Shown one piece after another: positions 38,850 to 53,699 of a DNA stretch of 64,000 bases. Each line of letters opens with the position of its first letter. The first letter of the stretch is position 1. Source of the stretch: Trichoplax adhaerens. Taxonomy: Eukaryota; Animalia; Placozoa. The position numbers and the translations under genes are program-made. The notes beneath the pieces were generated by a model. It was not told where the DNA came from, made no database searches, and saw only the letters and a program-made list of their open reading frames with translations. Where the stretch lies: positions 3,189,264 through 3,253,263 of the forward strand of contig NW_002060943.1 of assembly GCF_000150275.1 (NCBI RefSeq). The letters run 5' to 3'.

Positions 38850-41800
38850 TCAGCAGAGTGTCTCTGTAGATCGTTTCATGCTATTAAGGTAACTAGTAGA
38901 TCTTCGTACTGATGAAGTCGAATCTTCATATACAGTCACTTCAGCTACATCGCCACTAATATTAATTAAGCACTGACCCTATTAATTAGGTAATAAATTC
39001 AATAACCGTTAGAGATAAAGGTAAGACGGTAATTTTTTCAAGTGAAAATTTAGAGATTAATGCTGCACTATAGATATCATAAAACAATTTGACAATTCGT
39101 ATTCGATAGCTATTCAACCTGATTCCGGTGAGTATTGTCTTCGATGAATAATTCATTTAAACGGTAAGATAAAAAGGCATTACCACCGATAGCGCGCGTG
39201 TAAGCTCGTATGATGGCATGAACTTCAGTTAGTGCTCGGTAAATAAAGCCAGCTTTATCACCAAACTAAAAAAGATAATACTTTTGTTACAGATTATTTA
39301 AAATAATTACAGAAACAGCAAAAATTATCACTATAAGAATACAAAGAAAAGACCTACCTCTCTAATCGAGGTACTTTCACGAATGAATGACATATTAAAA
39401 TATCCAAGGTAACAATCTACTCGACCGGATGGAATCTGTGATGTCGTAGTTACTAATACAGATGTAGGCTGCCACGCACATAAATTAGGAGAAAATCATT
39501 TCAAATACTCCATCCTTTACAAGAATTGCATTGAGATATTAGTCACAATTTTCACCTTATATTCTTTTTTAATCTTTGGATGCGGCTGAACTTGCTCATT
39601 CATATCTTCAAATTGGAAGATCATATTCGTATGGCTGCCATCAGCTTGTACCGTAACATTTCCTTCTATAGTAATTGTAATATCCACATAGTTAATATCT
39701 AAATATTGTTTCAAAGAAAACTCGTAAAAATAAACTTACCAATAACAGCGTTATCGGAGCTTCCGAAACTTATCTTTCTTTCAAGCTTGAGCAATGTTGC
39801 AACCGTGTATAGCTAGCACAATATACAGTTGTAGCAAGACTTATGTATAAGTATAGCACTACAAAATAAATGTAGATCAACAGATAACCAATTACCTCGA
39901 TTTCATCGCCATTTAATCTAAGTGTATGATTTATGCCGCATAAACAACAAGGTAATTGCTTTCGTGCTTTAAAATGAAGGTACTGAAACATAACCGCATA
40001 ATATTAACACCAATAACAATAATACGTATATAACTAGTGATCATACCAAAGATTTATTACCTGGTTCGCTTGTTTACAAAAGTCGGATAGATGTGCGTTA
40101 GAGGATGGAATTGAAATATACTGTACTCCAGTCATAGTCTAAACAAGCATACTTTTTTAAAATGTATACGATAATCATAAATTCTTATGATAACAATACG
40201 CATTAACAACGAAACTTACTTGAAAAGTGCTCGATAAATATCTGATCCCAGGAAGGCAGTCAGTATTACATTGGTATAAACCTATTTAAAGTCGTAATAT
40301 CGGAACGTGGTTTACACATGACTTTAGTATACGAGTAATCGTAAATAACTTAGATATAGAGTCTTAATTACGAACCCTTTGGTAATTGCTCGTCTAGGAG
40401 TACCGATAGCGTTTCAGTAGACAAGTCATCAACCTATAATAAGAAAGTGCGGTAACAACTATGTCAAAATAATGCTATTCAAAAATTGATTAATCGAATA
40501 TCAATTACAGAGACTTTATACCTGTAAATAAGCTAACTGTTTAACCGGACTATCTTCAGCAATTTTCATTTCTGTTAATCCTCCTTTGCTTTCGGTTCTT
40601 CGATGTCGGCCTGGATCTCGTATGGTGGGATTGACAACATCAGTTGGAGTTCTGACTTCGTCGGTTGGAGATGCAGTATTTCTGTCGGTATTTTCTTCTT
40701 GCAAACCGTACAGTTGAGTATTGGTTGCTAACGTTTCCCGTAACTGCTGCTGAATGATTTTTAATGAAGTTGCGTGCACATCGGATCCCTATTAATGTTT
40801 ACAAGTATTTTAATTTTGGACTATCCATTATTTGCTGTGAACATGATACATAGAGCAGATCGCTATTATTACTTACACTTGTCTCTGCATTATTAATAAA
40901 ATCTGGCGTATCAGGGGACGGTAAAGCCGTCAAATAAACGGCTGTTGCGGTCTGTGAATAATTTCAGTTTAGATATGTTACATATACAATACACCCAACT
41001 ATATGCATTGGTACAGTACATTACAGATATGAAATATTTACCGCTACAGCAGCCATTGCCGTATCACCTATGGAAACATTGATTTGTAGACCAAATAAAC
41101 TATTCATTCCTTTTATCTGGGTATACATCAAGTGAGAAAGGGATATTACGTAATTGGAGCTTTATATGCAATAGTATAATCCATCTGGAGTACCTTCAAT
41201 TTACTCAAGAGTTGCTGGTGCAATTCATACACAAGGAATGGCAGTTTCTATTGCATTAATGCCATATTGGAAAATTCAATATATGAACAATTACAAATTC
41301 TAAATCACAAAATACCTCATTGACAATATAAGCATGAGATTCCTTTTGAGCCTTTCTTGTACTGCGAATGACTCTAGATATCCATTCATTAGAAGGTAAT
41401 CGAATCAAAAACGATTACATAAGATTTAAAGATGAAGAATTAAATGTCAGCAGTTTCATTCGTTAAAGTTCTCAGAACAGAGTGGTGATTTATTATTTTC
41501 CTACCTAGCTTGTATATAGCATCCTCGTCCACGTATAGCAAATTCAGGAGGTGTTTCAATAGTATTAAACAGTACGTCTGGGACCCTTCCTCGACTGCAA
41601 ATAGCAAATCAAGAGCAAATGCCAAAAATTAAACTCGAATAATTAATTCATCAAAAACAATTTTCGATAGTCTTGTTCCGGTTGATATGAGCAAATATCC
41701 TCTAAAACTAGATTATGGACTTTTACCTGCAAAAATTACATAAGTTAATTTTTGTGGGTAAAGGCAATTCATTTTCTTGATAAGGAATATGGTAAATTCC

Positions 41801-44378
41801 ACAACCAGAATTATGAGGTTCTTCCCTATTTATAGTTTCATAATTAGAGAAGTCGACGATACGAATAAATATCTTTACAGATAACGGTTCAAACTGACCC
41901 CAAATCGGTACTTTTAGAAGAGGCGTCATTGCGAAAAGCATTGGTAACTAGTATTAAGTAGACATGTTATGGTAAGTCGTACGAGGAATCACAATATTGG
42001 GAATAATGCTAGCGGAAAACAGATAACATGTTGTTACCTTGCGCTGATACGTTTACAGCCGTTCCAATAGCAGACAGAAGGCATAAATCATCACTGATAT
42101 GAGAAATAAAGTTTAAAAAGGCAGTTAATTTAGGGCGATGTTATAAAGGTACTAGGCAAAGCATAGTTAAGATAAGAACCATATCGACAAGCTTTCAGAG
42201 TAGCCGGCCACACAATCACATTCAAGCAATTTTGCATGAGATTGAATTTCCAATCGTAGTTCGCGCCACCACGAATCCCGTACTTCCGATTCATCTTTTG
42301 CAGTGTAAGAAGATCATAGTTGAGCACGTGTTATGCTTAACATTTCTTTGCAATAACGATACAAATGGTTCCTTACCGGGATTATCGATTTTATCTAGCA
42401 GCTTAACTGATCTAGCTGATACAATCCCACCAACAGATTTCAGAAATCCAGCAGGAAACGACGAGATAGTAAAGAATTTAAATTCCTATGTATTTTGATA
42501 GAAAAATATATCTCAAAATTTAAGCATTCACAGGTTGCTTTGAAAGATCACTACACTAATTAATTTGAAGTTCTAAAGTTTAGATGCAGTTAGGTTAGAA
42601 TATCTTACGGTCGTATCGAAACCCGATGGTGGTTGCCATGTTGGTACGATTGGATTCACTAAAAAGTAGCATATTTGTATCCAATGTTAATAATTAAAAG
42701 ATGTACTTAGATGCCATCAATGAAAGACTTAAGCTATTGTCTGTACTAAAATTACCGCTAGGTCCTGATGGAATTCCATCCGAGGAAGATGTTGATGATG
42801 CATGTATCAATAAATTGCCATCTTTTCCTACACTGATACAACGATTTTTTACTGGTGTCGAGGGTGCTTTCGATTGAATTTGATTATGAAGGTCGATATC
42901 GATTGGAGACGAACTAACTTCTTGAATAATCTTGTCTTTAAAGGCTTTTTTTGGTCTATCGGAAAAGGATTTTAGTCATTTAATATATTCAGGTGGAGCT
43001 ACGCGATCCATAATCGTAAAATCTTTGTCTAGATTTTGTCTAATCAAGGCAACACATACAGTACCTTTCAATTCTGTCAGGACTACCAATGGTTTGGTCA
43101 TCAATGTTAGTAATTCGTGAGTGAGTAGTAGATAAATGTGGCGATGATACAATACTAAGTTTTCTAATTACAGCTGCTGTGCCAATACCTCGTACCACAA
43201 TGCCGGATTCACCTTCAACGTCAATGCATTGTCTATACCTATTTATTTATAATGCATTTCAAGTATAGGAAAGAATTATAGCCAGTGCAGCTAGAATAGC
43301 TGTATTGCCATATGTCACGCAAAGCAATAACACTGCATCATAGTTACCCCAAGACAGCATTTCCATTTAGTTCAATAACCTTATTCCCAGTTTTTCGTTG
43401 TACTTCACCTAAATCGTCGAGAGCATTCGTCATTGGCATCGCTATGCTATTGTAAATATTACGGCTCTGATATACAGTAGCAAGCATCTAGTCATACCTG
43501 AAAGTCGTTGCAAAAGACGTTGCCGGGCTTGATTGGAAGTTCTTGAGCTTCTGATTTTATCGCGCCACTAATACAATAAAGATCAAAATCATTTACCATA
43601 GTCAGCATATACTCCAGAGAGTTACTATTTTATTTAACACATATACCTCGTATTCAGGATCATTGTTTACTACTAATTCTTCAACCAATCCTAGAATATT
43701 TGTGATTTGGTAGCCATGAGGTATTTCAGTGGCTAAATGTTGGACATAATAAAATTTTAAATTATTTGTTATTAAGATTTTAAACTGTAGTTCAATGTAT
43801 ACCATTAAGCCATTAACCATGTTGCTCTACCAAATCTACTTTGATGGCAGAATCATTAAACATTTATACTGTACTTACAGGAGAACATTTTCACACCACA
43901 AGAGGATTCTTTAAATTTATTAAAATCACGAAATAATTCTACCGTGACTATAATGTTCAGCTCACCGCGGACACCTGTATGGTTGTATCGGTTATGCCAG
44001 AACAATTTTAATTTAAAAAACTATTATTATTCGAGATCTAATGACAAGAAAGTTTCGTATTACCTCTTAGCGTGTCATAAACCGGAAACCAACCCGATAG
44101 TTGTTGGGAAGAACTCCTTTGCAATAGCGGAGTAAGGCAGACATAAACCTTTGATTTGATAAATTGTTATAATAATATGATCTTGATGAGCGCATTATGG
44201 AGTAAAACGATAGCTTTTAATTATTGCCTCTCATTCATTTATACATATTGCACATTATGTATAATCTAAGATCAAGACAAACGTCAATTTAAGCGCAGTA
44301 TAACAAGTTAATAAAGCCAGTTATATTAAGTCATGTAATAACCGAAATCGATCCATTAAACACAACTACAGTACGAAC

Positions 44379-44415
<37 letters not shown>

Positions 44416-46379
44416 TCGTAATGATGAATTGACTGTATAAGTGTACGTTGGAGATTGCTCATTAGGAGATCATTTTAGTGCAATATAGTATAAATTTATT
44501 TGGAATTATATTCATTTAAACAAATTTCAAAGAGTTTATGTTGTATTTGCAAAGGTATTTAATTTACTTATTACCATTCCAATAGCATCGTGGGCGGTAT
44601 ACGTATCATGATCTAGAACCCTTTCAAATTGTTTCAAAGCAACTCATTAATTTTCTTTAATTAACAGTAGAAAATAAAACTTGGAAGTTTAAATTCAGCC
44701 GAAAGCGAACATCACCTAAAATGATCTATAAACTAAAACTATTTTGTATACTCATATAATAGCCAAGATAGAAAATACGCAATTAATGCCGGGAAGTTGC
44801 TTACTTTATTTCCAAGCATCTGTCTTGTACTTCTTCATCATCAGCCTATATAATAGGTATAATGCTAGTTAGAAATTGACACATATAATCCTACATTTAT
44901 ATATCAAAGTTACTTACATATCACAATCTATACTAAGTACATCTACTAGTAGTCTATCCTTTATTAAAGATTTTTTTGTGATTCCGTATACGGTACAGTT
45001 GATTAGAAATGGCCGTTATCTGTAGATCTACAGTAAAAGTTACAGTTATCTAGTGGCCACTGACCTCAAAGCGAAACCAGTCGCATTTCCAAGAAGGATT
45101 AAGTGTACGCTTACAAACATCAGTTTTGTAAGTATTACTACCAAACTTGACCTGTACAAGTAAGGTAACAAATAGAAAAGTGTTAATGTTACCAGAGGTA
45201 TATTGAATTAACCGTAAAAATGAAGGATTGCACTTAGTTCCTGGCGTATACTTTTCATCACATGAAACATAAAACGTTATATGCCATAGTATTTGAGCAA
45301 AGGTAATAGAATTATCATATTATTTAATATCACGAATTTTTGTAAGTATTTCAGCGACAAAAATGAATACCATCAATGTACCCATATCGAACGACATTCC
45401 CCAAGTATGAATGGATAAGTTAACGAGATGACAGATATGCAACTGATTCATCAATTGAATAAGGTATCGGAGTCATTTGCGATAGAATTTATAACGGTAA
45501 CTCTTGTATGTTGATGAAAGAAAATTCGTATTCAGGATATATGAAAAAGTAGGGTTTAAAAGGATAGAGTTTCATGTGCATTTCTTCCGTAGTACAGTAC
45601 AATGCATTCAGAAATGAATTAACACTAATACGTATTGTTTATCTACTTTATTTTAGTACTTGATCCCAAAATTGAAATACACCAAGACTAGATTGAACAA
45701 AGTTGTCCAAAGCTAGAGAGTAGTTTGTGTATCACTTTCTAAGCATGTCGCAAGACTGGATTAAATTTAATAGGATTGTATTGACGATGGTGGCAGAATT
45801 GTGCAAATATGGAATAAAGGGGAAATGCAGGCATTGTCATGAGCAGGACGTTATTGTGTATGGTACTAGGCTACTAGCTACTACTCGTCTTTTCAGGGGT
45901 TGGTCGTAATTTTGGGAATTGGCCATTTTCGATCACACCTAATACTACTAGCGCAACGACAGTATTGTTTGAAAACTATTGTGCATCAGAGAGAATACAA
46001 GTTGGCAAGATTTGGTTTGAAAGTAAGCGGTCCACTCGTATAACAATACAGGATACAACGATGACAAGACATGTTATTCCTCTTCTTTCTACCTAGGCCT
46101 AGGCAAATAAGGCTACATTCTACCCACTGCTTCCAACTGAAATTGATCGATTGTCGACAATTTGTGGTAGTTTGATATTGGCAAAATTACTTATATGCCA
46201 CAGCATATTTTCGTATTTACTAATATGCCACTCAAAAAATCTTTGCAAAGGTTAGACATGTACTTCGCTTTCACTGTAGCAATACGTACCTCAACAAATG
46301 CATCGGCTAAATCGCTCGCCCGATCCATGACGGGAAAATTGCGACCAGCGACTATTTTTACATTGATTTTGGCCGGCAT
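38850..46379 (-). CDS. C2CD5: C2 calcium-dependent domain-containing protein 5 (C2CD5/CDP138/KIAA0528), multi-exon
   Basis: N-terminus MPAKINVKIVAGRNFPVMDRASDLADAFVEVKFG...WFRFE ADDEEVQD...VLDHDTYTAHDAIG; internal GLVEELVVNNDPEYE, VPDVLFNTIE, FIRESTSIRE; last exon GQCLINISGDV...STETLC*. All match C2CD5 as I recall it. Confidence 0.95.
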
Positions 46380-47282
46380 GATCCTACACTCCATTAAGAA
46401 TAAGTATATTTTGATCAGTCGAAGGTTTATGCTTGTATGTCTATTCGTTGAACAAGTATTGTCATGGATCGCTTTATCAATTCAATATGGTTACAAAGCA
46501 GCACTATCAACAACAAATCTTGATGTTGTATCAGATGTACAGTATATGACGATTGGCATCATACTTTTACTTATTGGATTCAACTACCGTACCTGAATGG
46601 CTTTCTTTCTTACCGGGATCAACCAAGTTGGTACAGTAGAGTCAGTGCAAGGAGTTAATGCTAGGTGTAATATCCAAATCAATCAATTCGTTCTCTGTCG
46701 TTTTTGATCTCTTACTTACTCCTTCTGTGCAATCTTTTTGACGTTCTCTACAAATCCACTGCAGTTCAACAACATCCACACATGTTGAGCAGTCTATTGG
46801 GGGATGCTGTTGGATACCGATGCAATCCTAATCCAGTAATGGACAAATGGGTTGTTGGAAGCTTCTTCGACGTCACTAGCCGGCTCCCGACACTTTGCAA
46901 AAAGACCAATTCGCTTGGCTTGAAATTGTTGTACACTTCGCCAATCTTTGGATGGGAAATCACAGCAGATTAACTCAGCACTACATAGATTCCAAGTTAT
47001 TCACTGCTAGAAATTCTATCAATTGCCAATAGATCAATATTGATCAATTTTCTACTTCATGCAATGCAAGAAAAACTAATATTAAACTTGTCAGTCAGCA
47101 CTGGTCTAATCATAGTCAACACTTAATCTAGTGTTGTTAATCAATATGATTTCTTTGGCGTCAGCCAGACAGCCGCCGTTACACTGGTCTAGTACGACCA
47201 TAGTGGTACTCTAGAGTGCGTCTACAGTGTATAGTACCGTACCGCGTACAGTACTGTGTCAAGGGTATCAACATCGCTTTAT

Positions 47283-47337
47283 TGCGCATGCACCAAACAG
47301 GAGATCAGCCTGTGAATGGGGAGGGGGGGGAGGGGGG
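47283..47337. promoter_or_regulatory. Possible promoter elements upstream of C2CD5: NRF1-like TGCGCATGC and a G-rich tract
   Basis: tgcgcatgca at 47283-47292 and G4-a-G8-a-G6 at 47318-47337, upstream of the C2CD5 start on the minus strand. Confidence 0.3.
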
Positions 47338-47339
47338 TA

Positions 47340-47881
47340 CAAAAAATGAATTCAATCGTCGATGTCATTAGTTTATTTTCATCAATTAAATGAACTCGAT
47401 TCTCTGTCCTTTTAAACTTGAAAATGCAGCGAATACGAATAGAAGCATCAAAGGAAGTATAGATAAAAGATAAAATCGTAAATTGCATACGGCTTTATAT
47501 CCCTGACGTTGGGCCTTGAACGGACCTTTACATGTTCAGTAGGTTGTCCCTTTTTAGACAGTACTGGAGTAAGACAACATGCTTAAATACCGATACATTT
47601 TAACCAACGTTTCAAAAAATGAATTCTATCGTCGATGTCATTAGTTTATTTTCATCAATTAAATGAACTCGATTCTCTGTCCTTTTAAACTTGAAAATGC
47701 AGCGAATACGAATAGAAGCATCAAAGGAAGTATAGATAAAAGATAAAATCGTAAATTGCATACGGCTTTATATCCCTGACGTTGGGCTAATCGCCTTGAA
47801 CGGACCTTTACACGTTCAGTAGGTTGTCCCTTTTTAGACAGTACTGGAGTAAGACAACATACTTAAATACCGCTACATTTT
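47340..47881. repeat. Direct tandem duplication, ~273-bp period
   Basis: caaaaaatgaattc at 47340 and 47613; copies differ by a few substitutions and one small indel. Confidence 0.92.
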
Positions 47882-49574
47882 GGTATTGTCCGTGCTATTA
47901 CTAGAGGCCATTTTAGGACAAAGCCGTGAAATTCCTAAATGGACGCTTTAAATCCTATAGGACTCTTTATTGATGTCATTACATGCGGTGAAAAAAGAAA
48001 TGGATGCTTCCAATGATATCACTGTCATCTTTTGAATATTTTACTGATATGAAAATCTTGAATCATAATAGAAATGTATTCTGCGAGACGTAGAATACTG
48101 TATGCTAGACCATGGACGACTACAAGAAGAGTGTAGATCTTCTTTTAATAGTCCTGGCTACACTTACCACATCAACCATGTCAGTCTCATAAAGGTAAAA
48201 AACCTCTAGGCACGCAATAAGTAATACTACGTACCTATTCATACATGACCTAGAAGAGAGTTGGCATTGAATGACGATATTGTCAAAAATAAATTAATTA
48301 TAATTATCATGAATAAATTATACGTCTATAATGATTGATGATTTCATTGCCGAACTCTTTCACTTAATTTACTGTGATGTAGGGTTGATTAATCAGCGCA
48401 TGTACTATTTTATATGAGCTCTGGTCAATGTACTGTTATAATTGAGTTGTCCTTAATGCGAAACAACATGGACTTAATCTAAATCGAATTGAATATATTA
48501 TAAAATGTTAAGATTTCACCATCTTTATGGCATACCAATACTGTTTAGCAACGCGACTGGACGCTTATTTTTCGACTATTGTAATAGAGTTATTATGTAG
48601 TATACGCATAATTGCTCAAAATGTGTAAGTTCACGCTTATACTCAGGGCTATTCAAAGCATAGTAATTTTTTAAATCAATCCTAAAAGTCTATAAAGCAA
48701 AGCAATAGAATAGTTGAGAGTGTTCATACAGGTAACATTTACGTAAGTGTCGTGCTAATACCGTCCATGATACCATCTTAAAGTGAGTAAACGTTGTTAT
48801 CGTTTCACTAAACGATAGAAGCTCAAGCCTTTCTACTATTTTTTTTTCTCTATAGGCTTACGCTTAGAACATAAATTTAACTCTCAATATGACCTCGATA
48901 GTGTTTAAATCTGTTTACTTGATGGCAGACCAGTAAAAATATAAATGCTGAAGAGATAATCTTGGTAAAGTGACTCAGCGTTTTAAAGACAGTGATAATC
49001 TAAATGCTGCAATCAAATAAAATTGTTCACCGGGACAAAATTTGGGAATAAAATCAATCAATCAATAACAAGTGAACTTAATAAAAGGTAATTAGTATTG
49101 TACTTATTCGCGAAATAACTTAATAGCGGTTACCAGCTGATTATTCAAGCTCAATAGATTAATCTAATACTACTTTGAGAAAGAGCCTCATATAGCATTA
49201 TGTTAAAACATTAAAACATGAAAGTAGGATACATACGAGTATATATATAATATTTTGAACTTATCAATCTATTTTGTTTATACTGTAGATAATTACTATG
49301 GGTATTCAAACAATAACCTTAACACTGAATAGTTTAATAAACGTAAAATTACTCTTCCTTTTCTTAGTTTTCTGAAAACAGTACAATTTAGTTAATTACC
49401 TATACAGTATTCAGCGCATTATCTTTTTATCATAGACTACGCTATATGAATAGCACAGAATAAAATAAAATAAATCGATGGAAATAGATACAGGGGCATA
49501 CAGTATCTTATTAACTGTGTACATATGGCACGATCCTAAAATTCACATATTGCGTTCTATATGGCGAATAATAT

Positions 49575-52373
49575 TTATATATTTTCCTTTTCCATATCAA
49601 TGACATTCGCCAGACCAACTCTATTTCTACCTTTATCGAAAATGGTATAATAGTTTGCTAAAAATAGATCTCCTAATATCCAAACTGAATGTCTCATGCT
49701 AAGGCTATAAAGTCCGCTAATGCACAGTGTTCTTGTCTTCAGTGGAGCCTGATAAGAAAATGAGATATAACACGTTAAGTAAATATACATTTGTCACGAT
49801 TTGGTAAAACTTCAATTTTCTCTACAATTTTAGTAATAAATTTACCCTCCATATGTAATGCTTTGGTAATAAAGGGAAGTCTTTTCCATTGAAGCGAAAA
49901 TTAATTACTGGCAGGCTATCTACTACATTGCAATCAACTGCATACTACATGTAAAACAAAAACATTTACGTTATGGATAGGCAAATTAACTATTTTTAGC
50001 TCCTACTCATCTTTTAAAAATTGTAAACAAGTGCATGTTTCAGACAAAGCTATAAGTCTTTACGGTATTTATTCCGTAATTATTAATCAATTTTACTTAA
50101 TGCTGATATATATTTACACTTTCATATTTACCATGTTCAAATTTCGATATTTATTGTATTCTTCACTCCTGCTATCCATCAATTCATCCAAGTTAACAGC
50201 ATGTATCTCTTGATGAATTCTATCCACTTGTTCTGTAGGTCCTATTATCATACTTGTGCCAGTGTCTATAATTGCCGAACAATCACGATTGCATAATCTG
50301 ACGTTGTCTCCTTCTTTTCGATCACTACTAACAGTTATTCTTTGAAAAGATTAATTTACATTGGTTATTGCGGATTAAAAATTGGCTAAAATTCATTAGC
50401 ATTATCTACATATAACTGATTTTAACTGATTGTAACTAATTTTAAACTGATTTTGTATAACTGATTTTAAAGCTTTCATGAGATCTCCAGGAATTTTGAA
50501 TGATGCAAATATACTGTATGCATATAACAATACTATCAATAATGTACCACTGCAGTAGAAATCTTAGTTCCATTACTATTCGCCTGAAAATTCAACTTAC
50601 AGATCGAGTTTAATTTGCCAATATGCTTGCTTGATAACTGGAATATAAGTAATTGGGCCTTCGATGTAACTTTTGTCAATGCCACCTAAAATTAGTTCTC
50701 CACCCGGATAAGTCGACCCTCTGAATAAATTGAGTAATTAAAAAAAAATTAGCTATTCTCCATTAGTCTGATAGAGCTATTTTTGGAAGTCTTTGATTAT
50801 ACGTATATAGTATAATTGAATGAATAAAATTATACCCACCGTCTAAAATAGAAAGAAAAAATTGGTTGATCAACACTTTTTTGATAGATCATGTTATCAA
50901 AAACTGTGTTGGCGTCAATTACTGATAGTTCTCGATATGCCAAGCCGACAAGACCGTCAAAGGCATGAAACCTTGTTTTGCGTCTACTATTGGACCATGA
51001 CAGTTGAAAAATTTCACTGAATATTTGTTTATATACTGCTATTCCTCCAATCTATTAACGACAAAAATTGATACGTAGTTGAATAATTTTTAAATTTTAT
51101 TAATATTCTTAAGAGGCTTTATCAAGCTAGTATAGAGATAGTAGGAGGAAAAATTATGTATTGAAAATTGTTGTGAATCTTAACTATAGTCATGGATTAC
51201 TAGGCACTATACCAAGGTAACGTATCTGGCGGTGCATGCAATGATTTATTTGATAATTTAACCTACCGAAACGACATCTTGTCCAACGAAGCCTTTAACA
51301 TCACTTATTAAGTAGCGGAAGCTTACAATATAGTTTGATGGACGAAAAGTGGTTGATGCAGAATGATTAAAAGTTTTATGTAAAGCTAGTTCATAGTAAA
51401 ATAGTTTAAAAGGTGATTAATATAAGTTGTTATAACAGTAAGAACACAACATGCGAGTATGGTATTACGCAAGTTTATCAAGCACAATCTTTCCATAATA
51501 ATGAGAAGTTACGGTATGTAATGAAAGCTTGTGCAATATGTATTATTTTATCTAGATATTTGAGCACTACTAAAGAAACATTAGGTTCACGACTAACTAT
51601 AGCAATCTATTTGTGAGGAATTGTTTTCATTTGATTACGGTACACATCCATACACTGAACTTACTGCAATACGAATTATGACATTTTGATGATGGGATCC
51701 AAAAATCGGCTGAGCCGGTGTCAAAAATCACTTGAAAAGTTTGTGAAGGCGTTCCAATTGAAATTTCGCCGAAATACTGCATCTGTCATAAATACAAGAT
51801 TTAAATTTTAATTTATTTATTCGAGTAGTTATAAAATATCCCTATCTAGGAAATCTTATCACAGCTCCTATCTAAATTACAAAAGGACTGTTATTTCTTA
51901 TAGGCTAGATGTAATCGGCTTAGGAAACATTTATCGATATTTATATGTTGCAATCAAAATGCACAGTGTAGTGTCACTAACATCCAAAAAGTTAGTTAAT
52001 ATCTCCCTTCCATCTCTTTTGAATTTAGAATCCTTCCTATTTTTGTCCATGATATTGTTATATCGACGCCCTATATCATCAGAATTGCGCATCGTGATCT
52101 TCTGATTGAGTTGAATCCTTCAAAAAATATAAAATATCCATTTACTAAAGATAACATGTATTTGCTAATAAAAAATAAAGAATTGCATACATAGTAAAAC
52201 AATTAAGAGATTAAAAACGGTCACTGTAAAACACTTGTAAAATGGAAAAAGTTGCACTCTATGCAATCATTTATTTCAGATTTAATGGTGTCCATTTTAA
52301 TATACCTTTGAATAGCTAGTGACCTCGCTAGTAGCATACTGAAGATTACTGCCTGAATGATTTGGTAAATCAT
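49575..52373 (-). CDS. Pepsin-family (A1) aspartic protease, cathepsin D/E/pepsin-like preproenzyme
   Basis: Signal peptide [20 protein letters not shown]; [40 protein letters not shown]; FDGLVGLAY; second catalytic motif [15 protein letters not shown]; [25 protein letters not shown]. Both catalytic Asp residues and the Cys pairs are intact. Confidence 0.95.
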
Positions 52374-53488
52374 TTTTTTTTTCAATAATTTCGCGAAATT
52401 AAGTACCGTATTCAAAATGATCAATTACTTCGTCTCTACACGGATATTTATTTAATTTTCCCTTAAGTTCGATAGACCATGGCCAAAAAATGAAAAAATA
52501 ACATGCGCGCATACCTCAATGAAAGGAATTTCACACAAGAATAAATATAACTCTTTAAAGTAGCTTGTAGTATAGAATGAAAAGATAAAACAATATTGTT
52601 ATTGTTATTGGAAGGCAGTTTGTCTAAGAAGAAATCTGATATTGTTTCATTTGTCACATGTGGACAAATTAAAAAAGAAATGAAGTAATTGTTTATTAAT
52701 TATATTGAAGTATCAACAGATACTGTTGTAATTATTACAAGACTCTTTTATACCGAATGTACACTGCGGTAAATCTGCTCATTTCTAGAATGAACAAATA
52801 ACAATGCAATAAACAAATCAAACTAGATACTGCCATTCGCATGTCGATTGAGCCTGCGGTCCGAGATAGTTCATTGAAGCCTACCGCAGCTAGTTGTAGA
52901 ATAGTACTATCGACATACAACTTTATTTACAATGAATGCGTTGTGAACAGTATCGCTAAACTGGAATCAAATTGTCAACACTACTTGCAATATCAGTAAA
53001 TTGAATGATTCAATTTAATGTTCATTTCTCAGGCAAAACGCAGTCGAAGTGCACTATACTCGTACCATACAGTATATTGAAATAGAAGTATGTGAATAAA
53101 GTACAAAATTGTAATTTCGGGGAGTAGAATTGCATGCTTCATACTCCGATAAATTAGTATTAATTAGTATTCAAGATTCTTTCATTTTAATTAATTATGA
53201 ATGATATAATAATTATTATCCAGTATTGCCATTTGGAAACGTTATAAATAGTAATAACGATACCAATACAGTAATACTGCCATGAAAAAGAAAGATTGAT
53301 TAGCAAGCGCACCCGTTTGGAGAAGGAGATGCTAATCCCATTCAGGGATCAACATCAATATAGGGCTCCCCCATATTAATGTCTATGTATCAAATTGATG
53401 GGATCAATCAATATCAGTACACGGCTCTCTTCTCAAGTTACATGTACAGTACAATATTACGAAAATAGGGAAGCTATGTAGAGTACAT

Positions 53489-53690
53489 TAGGCCCCGTTC
53501 ATAATAACCCCGATTACTTAGATACTGGGCATCAATAGCTTAAACGATAATACATTATTGTAGGAGTCTGCACTTCAAATTGGATGCGATTCTTCCAAGA
53601 GTAAGACGTTGCACCAACGCAATGAAAGTTAGGAACAACCGACGACAACTATTGAGTTATTGGTAATAGGGGTTACTATGAACGAGCCTA
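53489..53690. mobile_element. ~200-bp MITE (non-autonomous DNA transposon), Harbinger/Tourist-like termini
   Basis: Left taggccccgttcataataaccccgattac versus right gtaataggggttactatgaacgagccta (imperfect ~28-bp TIRs), flanked by the direct repeat atgtagagtacat (53476-53488 and 53691-53703). Confidence 0.8.
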
Positions 53691-53699
53691 ATGTAGAGT

